Source: Nemertoderma westbladi (lineage: Eukaryota; Animalia; Xenacoelomorpha). Taken from it: a stretch of DNA of 64,000 bases. The position numbers were made by a program, and so were the translations under genes. The notes under the pieces were generated by a model that saw nothing but the letters and a program-made list of their open reading frames with translations, made no database searches and was not told the DNA's origin. Location: contig JAUCBJ010007055.1 in NCBI GenBank assembly GCA_032718475.1, forward strand, positions 5,385 through 69,384. Direction: 5' to 3'. Below are positions 1 through 12,140 of the stretch, in pieces (positions within the stretch are counted from its first letter, which is position 1; each line of letters begins with the position of its first letter).

Positions 1-3000
1 TTGAGAAAGTGTGAGACAATTGGGGTTACTATTCCCAATTTGTACACAGTGTTACAACTCAGAAAACGCAGGGCTTCCAGAGTTATTTAACTATATTCGA
101 ATATATTACGTCGTAGTGTGTTTTTAGGCTATAAGCGGCGTTTTTTCATGTTACTACCTACAGAACCAGTTAAAAGGTTATAACTTTCGAGGAGACAGTG
201 CCAGTGACTTGAGAAAGTGTGAGACAATTGGGGTTACTATTCCCAATTTGTACACAGTGTTACAACTCAGAAAACACAGGGCTTCCAGAGTTATTTAACT
301 ATATTCGAATATAATACGTCGTAGTGTGTTTTTAGGCTATAAGCGGCGTTTTTTCATGTTACTTCCTACAGAACCAGTTAAAAGGTTATAACTTTCGACG
401 AGACAGTGCCAGTGACTTGAGAAAGTGTGAGACAATTGGGGTTACTATTCCCAATTTGTACACAGTGTTACAACTCAGAAAACACAGGGCTTCCAGAGTT
501 ATTTAACTATATTCGAATATATTACGTCGTAGTGTGTTTTTAGGCTATAAGCGGCGTTTTTTCATGTTACTTCCTACAGAACCAGTTAAAAGGTTATAAC
601 TTTCGAGGAGACAGTGCCAGTGACTTGAGAAAGTGTGAGATAATTGGGGTTACTATTCCCAATTTGTACACAGTGTTACAACTCAGAAAACACAGGGCTT
701 CCAGAGTTATTTAACTATATTCGAATATAATACGTCGTAGTGTTTTTAGGCTATAAGCGGCGTTTTTTCATGTTACTACCTACAGAACCAGTTAAAAGGT
801 TATAACTTTCGAGGAGACAGTGCCAGTGACTTGAGAAAGTGTGAGACAATTGGGGTTACTATTCCCAATTTGTACACAGTGTTACAACTCAGAAAACACA
901 GGGCTTCCAGAGTTATTTAACTATATTCGAATATAATACGTCGTAGTGTGTTTTTAGGCTATAAGCGGCGTTTTTTCATGTTACTTCCTACAGAACCAGT
1001 TAAAAGGTTATAACTTTCGACGAGACAGTGCCAGTGACTTGAGAAAGTGTGAGACAATTGGGGTTACTATTACCAATTTGTACACAGTGTTACAACTCAG
1101 AAAACACAGGGCTTCCAGAGTTATTTAACTATATTCGAATATATTACGTCGTAGTGTGTTTTTAGGCTATAAGCGGCGTTTTTTCATGTTACTACCTACA
1201 GAACCAGTTAAAAGGTTATAACTTTCGAGGAGACAGTGCCAGTGACTTGAGAAAGTGTGAGACAATTGGGGTTACTATTCCCAATTTGTACACAGTGTTA
1301 CAACTCAGAAAACACAGGGCTTCCAGAGTTATTTAACTATATTCGAATATAATATGTCGTAGTGTGTTTTTAGGCTATAAGCGGCGTTTTTTCATGTTAC
1401 TTCCTACAGAACCAGTTAAAAGGTTATAACTTTCGAGGAGACAGTGCCAGTGACTTGAGAAAGTGTGAGACAATTGGGGTTACTATTCCCAATTTGTACA
1501 CAGTGTTACAACTCAGAAAACGCAGGGCTTCCAGAGTTATTTAACTATATTCGAATATATTACGTCGTAGTGTGTTTTTAGGCTATAAGCGGCGTTTTTT
1601 CATGTTACTACCTACAGAACCAGTTAAAAGGTTATAACTTTCGAGGAGACAGTGCCAGTGACTTGAGAAAGTGTGAGACAATTGGGGTTACTATTCCCAA
1701 TTTGTACACAGTGTTACAACTCAGAAAACACAGGGCTTCCAGAGTTATTTAACTATATTCGAATATAATACGTCGTAGTGTGTTTTTAGGCTATAAGCGG
1801 CGTTTTTTCATGTTACTTCCTACAGAACCAGTTAAAAGGTTATAACTTTCGACGAGACAGTGCCAGTGACTTGAGAAAGTGTGAGACAATTGGGGTTACT
1901 ATTCCCAATTTGTACACAGTGTTACAACTCAGAAAACACAGGGCTTCCAGAGTTATTTAACTATATTCGAATATATTACGTCGTAGTGTGTTTTTAGGCT
2001 ATAAGCGGCGTTTTTTCATGTTACTTCCTACAGAACCAGTTAAAAGGTTATAACTTTCGAGGAGACAGTGCCAGTGACTTGAGAAAGTGTGAGACAATTG
2101 GGGTTACTATTCCCAATTTGTACACAGTGTTACAACTCAGAAAACACAGGGCTTCCAGAGTTATTTAACTATATTCGAATATAATAGGTCGTAGTGTGTT
2201 TTTAGGCTATAAGCGGCGTTTTTTCATGTTACTTCCTACAAAACCAGTTAAAAGGTTATAACTTTCGACGAGACAGTGCCAGTGACTTGAGAAAGTGTGA
2301 GACAATTGGGGTTACTATTCCCAATTTGTACACAGTGTTACAACTCAGAAAACACAGGGCTTCCAGAGTTATTTAACTATATTCGAATATATTACGTCGT
2401 AGTGTGTTTTTAGGCTATAAGCGGCGTTTTTTCATGTTACTTCCTACAGAACCAGTTAAAAGGTTATAACTTTCGAGGAGACAGTGCCAGTGACTTGAGA
2501 AAGTGTGAGATAATTGGGGTTACTATTCCCAATTTGTACACAGTGTTACAACTCAGAAAACACAGGGCTTCCAGAGTTATTTAACTATATTCGAATATAA
2601 TACGTCGTAGTGTTTTTAGGCTATAAGCGGCGTTTTTTCATGTTACAACCTACAGAACCAGTTAAAAGGTTATAACTTTCGAGGAGACAGTGCCAGTGAC
2701 TTGAGAAAGTGTGAGACAATTGGGGTTACTATTCACAATTTGTACACAGTGTTACAACTCAGAAAACGCAGGGCTTCCAGAGTTATTTAACTATATTCGA
2801 ATATATTACGTCGTAGTGTGTTTTTAGGCTATAAGCGGCGTTTTTTCATGTTACTACCTACAGAACCAGTTAAAAGGTTATAACTTTCGAGGAGACAGTG
2901 CCAGTGACTTGAGAAAGTGTGAGACAATTGGGGTTACTATTCCCAATTTGTACACAGTGTTACAACTCAGAAAACACAGGGCTTCCAGAGTTATTTAACT

Positions 3001-4103
3001 ATATTCGAATATAATACGTCGTAGTGTGTTTTTAGGCTATAAGCGGCGTTTTTTCATGTTACTTCCTACAGAACCAGTTAAAAGGTTATAACTTTCGACG
3101 AGACAGTGCCAGTGACTTGAGAAAGTGTGAGACAATTGGGGTTACTATTCCCAATTTGTACACAGTGTTACAACTCAGAAAACACAGGGCTTCCAGAGTT
3201 ATTTAACTATATTCGAATATAATACGTCGTAGTGTGTTTTTAGGCTATAAGCGGCGTTTTTTCATGTTACTTCCTACAGAACCAGTTAAAAGGTTATAAC
3301 TTTCGACGAGACAGTGCCAGTGACTTGAGAAAGTGTGAGACAATTGGGGTTACTATTACCAATTTGTACACAGTGTTACAACTCAGAAAACACAGGGCTT
3401 CCAGAGTTATTTAACTATATTCGAATATATTACGTCGTAGTGTGTTTTTAGGCTATAAGCGGCGTTTTTTCATGTTACTACCTACAGAACCAGTTAAAAG
3501 GTTATAACTTTCGAGGAGACAGTGCCAGTGACTTGAGAAAGTGTGAGACAATTGGGGTTACTATTCCCAATTTGTACACAGTGTTACAACTCAGAAAACA
3601 CAGGGCTTCCAGAGTTATTTAACTATATTCGAATATAATATGTCGTAGTGTGTTTTTAGGCTATAAGCGGCGTTTTTTCATGTTACTTCCTACAGAACCA
3701 GTTAAAAGGTTATAACTTTCGAGGAGACAGTGCCAGTGACTTGAGAAAGTGTGAGACAATTGGGGTTACTATTCCCAATTTGTACACAGTGTTACAACTC
3801 AGAAAACGCAGGGCTTCCAGAGTTATTTAACTATATTCGAATATATTACGTCGTAGTGTGTTTTTAGGCTATAAGCGGCGTTTTTTCATGTTACTACCTA
3901 CAGAACCAGTTAAAAGGTTATAACTTTCGAGGAGACAGTGCCAGTGACTTGAGAAAGTGTGAGATAATTGGGGTTACTATTCCCAATTTGTACACAGTGT
4001 TACAACTCAGAAAACACAGGGCTTCCAGAGTTATTTAACTATATTCGAATATAATACGTCGTAGTGTTTTTAGGCTATAAGCGGCGTTTTTTCATGTTAC
4101 AAC
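1..4103. repeat. 208-bp tandem satellite, about 19.7 monomers in the window, probably continuing past the left edge
   Basis: TTGAGAAAGTGTGAGA recurs at 1, 209, 417, 625, 831, 1039 ... 3949. Monomers are 208 bp (206 bp in a 2-bp deletion variant) and differ at only a few sites. Confidence 0.98.
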
Positions 4104-5366
4104 CTCTGCTGCTTCTGCTGCTGCCGCTTTTGCCTCTGCCGCTGCTTCTGCCAAGGTCGCTTTTCTTTCTGCCTCTGCCACTGCTGCTATCTTTCTGTCT
4201 TCTATACGTTTTTTCTTTACTTGCTCCTCCTGGACTCGTGTGATGCGGAGTTGTTCATCAAATTTAGCCTGGTTCGCAGCCCTCATTTCCACATCGATGG
4301 CATCCAACACAAGCTTGGTTCCTTCACTATTAGGGCTAAGTCCCTCTAACCTTCTCCTCAACTCGTCATCACCTAAAAAACGTTGATAGTCTGACAGATA
4401 GATGTCAATGGCATCCCTCTTATGCGGCTTCTCTGCCGTCGCTTCACTTTCCACTTGGGAAAAAGTAGCGTCTGTTGATTCTCCATGGGTTGAGCGCTCC
4501 TCCAGCTGAGCTTTCCACTGAGCTGTTCCTTGAACCTGGCGACTCACCCGTTGAAACCAAGTCTTTACGGCAACTTGCAACGACGTGTCTTGTCTTCTTT
4601 TAGAAGCCTCTTCAAAGGCTGATAATATTAGCCTAATTCGCAGAATTCTTTCTCTAACTTGATAAAGCAGTTGTCCCTGCTCTTGAGGTCCTTGAGGTTG
4701 TTGTAACAGTTGTTTTTCTACTCTCTCCATAGAGCTGAAGAATCCCTGTGCGTATCCGGCTGCGGACCTCTTCCACACAGCTGGATCGATGGTTTCCTTG
4801 GCTACTCCCATCCGGTGTATGTCTTCCCAGGCAGCTTCTGATAAATCGAACGGGAGTCCGGGTCCGGGGAAGTTCCATTGCGACTCGACCATAGATTTCA
4901 GTTCTTCCTTTGTGTATCCCGCATAACTATCTTTAGTTGAGCGCTTACTTCTCGCCCAATCGATCTGGTGTTCTTCCACCGCGATCAATAGCCTAGTGAG
5001 TACGGCTGCAGGAAGGATGAGAAGGGGATCCGAATAAACCGCATCCGTCATCCTTGCTCCGCGCTCGGGTGTCAGTTCTACAGTATCTTCACTACTGGAG
5101 CTGTCGGGCCGCTGAGAAATAAGTTCTTGGCTCGCGGGTTGTTGCTGTTCCGCTGCTTCTTGGTCCCGCTTGACCTGAGCTCGAGTGCCTATAATAGACC
5201 TACGATGTTGGACCAGCCTAGGTTCTGTTATTACTACTGGAGGGATGACCTTCCTCACAGTGGGAGGTGAACTGAACTTAGGACTAGACGGTTCTACACC
5301 TCTGTCTGAGTCGCAGATAGTTACATCTAATAAACTGTCTGACAGGTTCTGTTTATTGTCAGACAT
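4092..5366 (-). CDS. Uncharacterised ORF of about 425 aa, possibly a retroelement gag/ORF1 truncated by the satellite
   Basis: Long intronless ORF (first ATG 5366) with helical, coiled-coil-like composition. Its stop codon (4092-4094) lies inside the last satellite monomer. No zinc knuckle or other diagnostic motif seen. Confidence 0.45.
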   Translation of the reverse strand: MSDNKQNLSDSLLDVTICDSDRGVEPSSPKFSSPPTVRKVIPPVVITEPRLVQHRRSIIGTRAQVKRDQEAAEQQQPASQELISQRPDSSSSEDTVELTPERGARMTDAVYSDPLLILPAAVLTRLLIAVEEHQIDWARSKRSTKDSYAGYTKEELKSMVESQWNFPGPGLPFDLSEAAWEDIHRMGVAKETIDPAVWKRSAAGYAQGFFSSMERVEKQLLQQPQGPQEQGQLLYQVRERILRIRLILSAFEEASKRRQDTSLQVAVKTWFQRVSRQVQGTAQWKAQLEERSTHGESTDATFSQVESEATAEKPHKRDAIDIYLSDYQRFLGDDELRRRLEGLSPNSEGTKLVLDAIDVEMRAANQAKFDEQLRITRVQEEQVKKKRIEDRKIAAVAEAERKATLAEAAAEAKAAAAEAAEVVT

Positions 5367-8300
5367 GTTGGTTTGCACAGTTGAATGCCTACTGCTATAT
5401 TACAGTTTAAGCAAGTCTAGTAATTCAGAGTTAACTGCTAGCCTAGTAATTAATTACCGATACTGCTACTCAGTGTAGCGTGATATATATAATATATTAG
5501 AATACCGGTATGCTTATTGTATATATAAGTATTATTACAGACTAGGTTTTTCACAGAAACCGGTATATAATTTTAGCACAAATATATATAAATAGATAAT
5601 AGGCCTATCGGGAATACCGGTATACAGCTTACAGTTTGTAGTATATATAATTCTGGACTAGAATTAATTACAAGTACCGGTATAATTTCAGCCTAAATTA
5701 TAGAAATAAAGATAATAGGCCTATCGTAAATACCGGTATGCAGTTTACACTTATAGTGTATATATATAAGTATAATTACAAACTAGAATTAATTATAGAA
5801 TACCGGTATGATTTCAACCTAAAATTTATAGAAATAAATATAATAAGCCTATTGGAAATACCGGTATATCAATTATTTTAAATAACTGAATTTCTGAATT
5901 TTAAAGGTTACTTGGTTACCTTAACTTACTTTATTGCCATTATTTAAGCAGTAGTCCAACTGATATTGAGACCTAATTGTTGTATGGCAGGCCTACTATT
6001 TATAAATCGTTTGAGTTGATTTATAATATATATATATATACCCGTTTTAATGGGTTTTGTCAATGTTTGAAATAAATGTTATTATTTCTGGGGAGTAATC
6101 ACTACACAAAGCGGTGCGCTTTCAGTGAAGTGTTACTTATAGGACACTAAAACAAATAATACTAATTTACCTAAGTTACTTAATACTACAAATTACGTAC
6201 AATTCGGGTGAGATTACAATCTCTAAATAAACACAAAAATTTACAAAAAACACAAATACAAATTTTAGGGTAATTTTACAAGAAGTCTACAAACCAGCCT
6301 GACAAAGGGTTAGAATCTGGTTCTTACAACGGACAGGGTACTACGGTATTTGAAAATAATAAGTAGTAGTAAATACACTGCGTTGTCCAGATAGGAAAAT
6401 ACCACCGCCTGACGACCTATAGCCGTGTCGCTATAGGTACTACGTTATGTATCACGGAGTGTTCCTACCTAGAAGTTAATAGAGCTAATCGAACGTGCCT
6501 ATCAACCACTTTACAACACAAATATAATGCCTACACTAATTACTCTCGGAAAGCACTGTACACTAAACCCTAAATTAGGTACGAGTGCTTATACAACAGA
6601 TAATCAGTAGTTAAAAATACTTGAACAGCTATAAGAACCACGGCATCTGCTGGAGTGACCGATGCACAAAATCACCAGTCTTTACCTACGCCAAGCAGCC
6701 CGTGTAGTACCGGGGTTAATTTAACTATAGCGGTATGTATAACAAACACAATTACTGTAGGAACAAACTTGGGGAATGAATGTTGCGAATAATCGCATAA
6801 ACTCTGAATAATAAATATTACGCTACGCGTACAAACCACTCAAACAAAATGCAGACCAAATACTGACAGACTACCATCAAGCCTAAACAAACTACGGTAT
6901 ATGCAGACTCCGAAATGATTAGGTAGTATGCGTTCTAACCCAGTAGTACGACTTATTCTTTAGTTGGGGGTTTACCTTACAGCAATGGCTGCCCCTACTT
7001 CCTAACCGTTCTTTATCGGACAGATGCTTTACACACACCGAAATCCGTTCAGACCTAATAACAGCCAGACAACTATCCAGCCTACAAATTATCTAAATAA
7101 ATATTATACGCTACCTGTACAGACTACACAAACAAAGTACAGACTAAACGATGGCAGACTACTCTCAAGCCTAAATAAACTACAGGACAAGCAGACTCCG
7201 AAATGATTAGGTAGTATGCGTTCTAACCCAGTAGTACGACTTATTCTTTAGTTGGGGGTTTACCTTACAGCAATGGCTGCCCCTACTTCCTAACCGTTCT
7301 TTATCGGACAAGTGATCTACACACACTGCAATCCGTTCAGACTTAACAGCAATCAGACAACAGCTCAGCCTACAAATTGTCTGTACAATATGATCAGGCT
7401 TACACGCCTTCTGTTCAATACTGGCCTACAAATAAATAAAACTGACAGAAATAAGTAAGCTCCAAAAGAAACAAGGGGTGTACAGTCCCTAATCTCTTAA
7501 ACAGCCTACCGGTATACAACAATCAAATCGAATAATACTAATGTACTTATACGGGAAGTACCGGTTAGGACAGTTAGGCCTACGGACCTACAGAAGTACC
7601 GGTTCTGGCAGTTGGACCTACGGACCTACGGCAGTACCGGTTCTGGCAGTTGGGCCTACTGACCTACAGATGGACCGTTCAGGTTTACCGGTTGACCGGT
7701 ACTTTCAACTTTATTGCTTACTGCAATAAAGAAGCGATATCCGTTATTGTTCGCGCTTTTAGACCTTTGGCAGTTTAACCCGCCAAATTAGGATGTCTTT
7801 TAGATAATAAATCACTTTTAGCCTATGACAAGTATTTGATTCACTACACTAGTCGAAACCAATCTGTGCGCGATCATTCACCCGATGGATATACCCGGGA
7901 GATTGGGTTCGACGGCTTAATCTTATTGCTATGTAAGCCTAATGTATTATTCGACTGACAGTATTATATAATCTCTGACAATATTATTCACCTTCGGGAA
8001 ATATTAACAGTTCCTTTAGGACGTGGCGCTCTATCTATATAAACAGAGTTATGACTTAAACTACTCACAACAATATGGCTTAGTTATAATTCACATATAT
8101 GGCGCATTCTTTAGGAAATGCTTCGTTATCAGTCTCACTCATACACAATGCTGCACAATACTGCACACTAATCTGCCGATCTTCACTGATTTTAGTCACA
8201 TATAAAAGGAACACGGACCGACTCATGTAGGGTCTATCAAATAACATTAGATTCCCTTCAAACCACTTTAACATAAGTCACAATCGTTATATATAACCTT

Positions 8301-8810
8301 TCTCTCTTACCTTCGGTATATCAAGAATATTGGGTTTCGGGGTTATTTATCGTTATTCCAAATATAATAATTCATCAACCATATTATGAAGGACCGACAG
8401 TAAATAGCAGTATAACAATATAAAGTATGCACAGTGTTTGATTAGGTATGGTATGTTATGATTTGAGTTGAGTTGTTATGCTGTTTGCAGTGTGTGTTTG
8501 CAGATAACGGATATATGTCCTTATAATTAAGCCTACTAGTGTTAGGCTAAAACAGAAAAGCACAAAATATTTCCAAGCCGTTCTCTCCTGGCTCAGAACA
8601 GAATGTCAACACTGCACATAAAGCATTACGTGATTTCTAGGAAATTTCTCTACAAGAGCCATAAAAATGCTCTGATTGGCTGACTGAACTGAGAGACGCC
8701 GTAGAACAAAGAAAATCAACACTTATGAATATCAGCTGTTAACCGTAGTCATAGTAACTACTGTTCAAGAGTAGCTATCACCCTTTGCGTCATGGAATTG
8801 CCATAGAATC
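5367..8810 (-). mobile_element. Putative long 5' leader/LTR region of the element carrying the 4092-5366 ORF
   Basis: Non-coding, with internal direct repeats (about 5500-5870, 6845-7380, 7550-7700) as often seen in Ty3/gypsy leaders. The minus strand reads AATTTGGCGGG near 7779-7789, resembling an LTR/PBS junction. No second LTR is available to confirm. Confidence 0.3.
6903..7310. repeat. Direct repeat with 288-bp period and an identical 120-bp core
   Basis: 6903-7022 matches 7191-7310 (GCAGACTCCGAAATG...TTATCGGACA); the flanks are similar but diverged. Confidence 0.9.
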
Positions 8811-8819
8811 ATCAACTAT

Positions 8820-9090
8820 GCCTTTCACAGTACACATACGGAGGAAATAGGTCTTAGATCCTCTAAAAAACACCGATACAGCAATAATACAGTCTCTTAC
8901 ACCTATTAAATCAACTACAGAGTATTTTAATGTAAAAGATAATAAAAATAACGGGCCTTTCACAGTACACATACGGAGGAAATAGGTCTTAGATCCTCTA
9001 AAAAACACCGATACAGCAATAATACAGTCTCTTACACCTATTAAATCAACTACAGAGTATTTTAATGTAAAAGATAATAAAAATAACGGG
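8820..9090. repeat. Tandem duplication of 135 bp
   Basis: CCTTTCACAGTACACATACGG starts at 8821 and 8956; the two copies read identically. Confidence 0.92.
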
Positions 9091-9470
9091 GCAATTCAGC
9101 AAAGGCTTTTACAGCTGTTATTTTAAATTGAAATTACCACTATCTGAACATCATACTTTTCAAAGTAAAAATATAAATTTGATCACAATTTAGCATTAAT
9201 TACACAGGTACCGGTAGTTAATACTGTAATACATTTGCCATAATATAATACTGTATTATATATTGTATATAAACATATATCAATTACCGGTAATTCAGTA
9301 ATTAGCATATATTCTACTGGCAAATATAGGTTCACTCTTGCATAGGCCAGGCCTCCTACAACCTGACATCGCTACTAAATGTCTGACTGATAACATCTGA
9401 ACAAAACCCCTACAGCCCTAAGAAACATTTCTGCATTTTGTAGGCCTTCTTAAAACAGTAAAAGACTCAC

Positions 9471-10058
9471 CTTAACGACGGGAAGGAGTAGCGAGTTGGA
9501 GGAATCAGCGGTCATCGCGACACCGTTGTAGAGAATCGGAGAACGCGTTGCCACGATCAACGGGGCGGCGATTAATTGCTCCGGTTCCACCACGATGGTC
9601 GTGTGCTTTCCTGAATCGCTCGCGTCGTAATGAAGATGGTCGATGACGCTGGTCCCATCCTCGTCGAACTCAACCCCGCAGTCCGAGCCGAGCTCCCGGA
9701 TAGCGTCGGTTATCGACGAACTCGCGGCCACGATGAGGTTCCCTCCAGCGTCGATAAACTCCACGATCCCCACCGGGGACACATTCCCGCCGAATTCTTC
9801 CACGTTCGGCGCAAAGAGGACCACGTTGTCGTAGAGGAATTCACCGTACTTAACCAGCGTCAGCGTCGAGTCGTCTGCGACCTTGTAGACCAGTTGGAAT
9901 CCCTCGTCAACGAGGATCTTAAAGAACTGGGAGTGGCTCTCTTTCTGTGCGAGTGTTTCTAGGAGAATTAGGGTTGGTTTAGTTTGGCTGAGAGTCCACG
10001 AGGTCGAGATGCAGGTCAGTACAAGAGAGATCACCGGTAAAATAAATAAACGAGCCAT
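9471..10058 (-). CDS. DDOST: Oligosaccharyltransferase 48-kDa subunit (OST48/WBP1), first coding exon
   Basis: Signal peptide followed by SHSQFFK, ADDSTLTLVKYGEFLYDNVVLFAPNVEEFGG, FIDAGGNLIVAASS and GVEFDEDGTSVIDH, all typical of DDOST. Splice donor AAG|GTGAGT at 9471/9470. No downstream exon found in the window. Confidence 0.95.
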
Positions 10059-10821
10059 CCAAATATTTTTTAGTTTTTCTTCAACACGTTCTGTTTTCTG
10101 GTTTTAGGCCTATCCTATACTGCAGTACTGCTGTACCGTACTGCAGTACTGTTTGTTATACAGTTATACCAGTACCTGACTGCCTGAGTCTGACAGTCTG
10201 AGTATAAACTGTTATACCTCACTACCACTGTACCAGTATCTGACTGTCTGAGTATACTGCTGTTGTGCTGTACTGTTATACCAGTCCAGTGTACTGTCGC
10301 GACTGTGATGCGATCAAAAGTGCCCCAATTTTTATCATCCAATGGGAACGTTTGTATACCCTGAGTCATATTTTGAAATCAGAAATTAACTCTGTCGTGT
10401 AGAAGTCAATATACTACTAGGCTTCTACTATGAAGCAGTAGTTCCAATTTCCCCTGGAATACTTTCTGATGAGGCACACATCCTAAATAAGAGTTTTGGC
10501 TTGTTTAAATAAGCAGTGCGATCTTAACCAAGTTTGTAGTTACTTCTTAAATAAGCAGTGCGGGGTTGTTATAACTTCTGGTTACTTCTTAAAGAAGCAG
10601 TTTTTTATCTACTCACTCATATACCTATCTGATTAAAATAGTTAATTTATGGGTATCAAATAAAACTGTCAGCCTGTACTGGTAATACTAATGTATATGT
10701 GAGTCGCCCATTACTTGTAAATTGTAATAATGAAAAGCGAAGCCTCGAAAAAACCAAATAATCTCAACGTTCGTGTTGCTTGGAGTTTAGCCCCGTTATT
10801 AATTAAAACAGTTTATCTATT

Positions 10822-10862
10822 CAATCAATATATTTCTGCCACCAGGGCTATCATCAGGATTA
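10822..10862 (-). ncRNA. Candidate minimal type I hammerhead ribozyme (Penelope/retrozyme style)
   Basis: Minus strand reads TAATC-CTGATGA-TAGCCCTGGTGGCA-GAAA-TATATT-GATTG: stem I TAATC/GATTG, core CTGATGA...GAAA, bulged stem II, palindromic minimal stem III, AUU cleavage triplet. Confidence 0.5.
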
Positions 10863-12140
10863 TAAAGAAAATAAAAACTAGCACCTACATGTTCATATAA
10901 ATCTAAAAGGAAAGTACAAAATTTATATTATAAGAAAATTTTATATACATCAGTTCAGCACTTGCATATAAACCTTAACTTTAACGGCACTTTTTAATGA
11001 CTATGGTTTCATAGGCCTACCCGTTAGGACTTCTTACTGTAAAAGTATTCACTATGTATCTGTATATCGGGTGAACTCCTCCGAAACTATAGCTCGTCCG
11101 TCAATGAAAGTTATATCAATCGACGCAGCTCAACCCCAGGATGTGGATAAAAAAAATTCGAAAAAATCGAAAATATCGAAAAAAAATTATTAAAGTGTCT
11201 TTTTGTTATTCGAAAAATAACTTAATTTAATTTATATTTCGCAAACAACTGTAACAAATTAATGTTCTAGTTGAACAATAAACTCAACAAAATAATATGA
11301 TATAAGTAAGCCTACCTATAATACACAAACAAATTAAATTATAAACAAGTCAAATTATATATAAACAACCCAACTTTGCAATGCAGCCAGCCAGACTCTT
11401 AAATACAAAGCAACAGAGTATATTTGCACCATTTCAGTTGATCCATAAAACGGCGATTAAACAGTACACATGAAAGCGAGAGTGAATGTACTGTAATTTA
11501 ATGTAATGTACAGTACTATATAGCAATAACTAAATTAGCAATCGAAAAATTCGAAAAATAACACATTTATTTTTCTACTTCCTTCCAACTTATGCCTGTT
11601 GGCGGTTATAAATTCATTCGCTCATGCCAAAACACGGGCTGTTCCATTATGATAATGATGTACTCTGTCAAACATACTGTACTGTGTACCCTAGAAAATA
11701 GTCACACAAAAAGTTCAATTAATTTATTATTTTCTCTAAGGGGAGGTGGGGGGGGGGGCGCCAAAATCGTGGCGGGCCCCCCTGCCACAAACATCAGCTA
11801 CGCCACTGCATACAATTACAATTCAACGCAGATTATACAGTATAAGCTTATATCATACGAGAACGCCATCAAGTGGCTTTAAACGAACCTGTCTTACACA
11901 GACTCAAAGAAACGAGAAGGGGTAAAATCCGCATTAAAAATAGATAAATTTGACAGATTAAAAATGGGTAAGTGTTTGAAAGGGAGATTAAAAATAGGTA
12001 AATGTTTGGGATAACTGCCGATTTACTAAATTTCAATACATGTAATAATATGCATAATTGAGAAACGGTTGATATCGTACGCATATAGCATAAACGAGAT
12101 CAAAAAAATTTAATTCAATTATTATTATTATAAATTTCTA

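Noticed and set aside
6409-6450. Hammerhead candidate CTGACGA followed by a hairpin
   Set aside because: The stem is followed by TACT rather than GAAA, and stems I and III cannot be formed.
10466-10495. Hammerhead candidate CTGATGAGG...CCTAAA
   Set aside because: GAAA is replaced by TAAA, stem II is only 2 bp, and there is no stem I.
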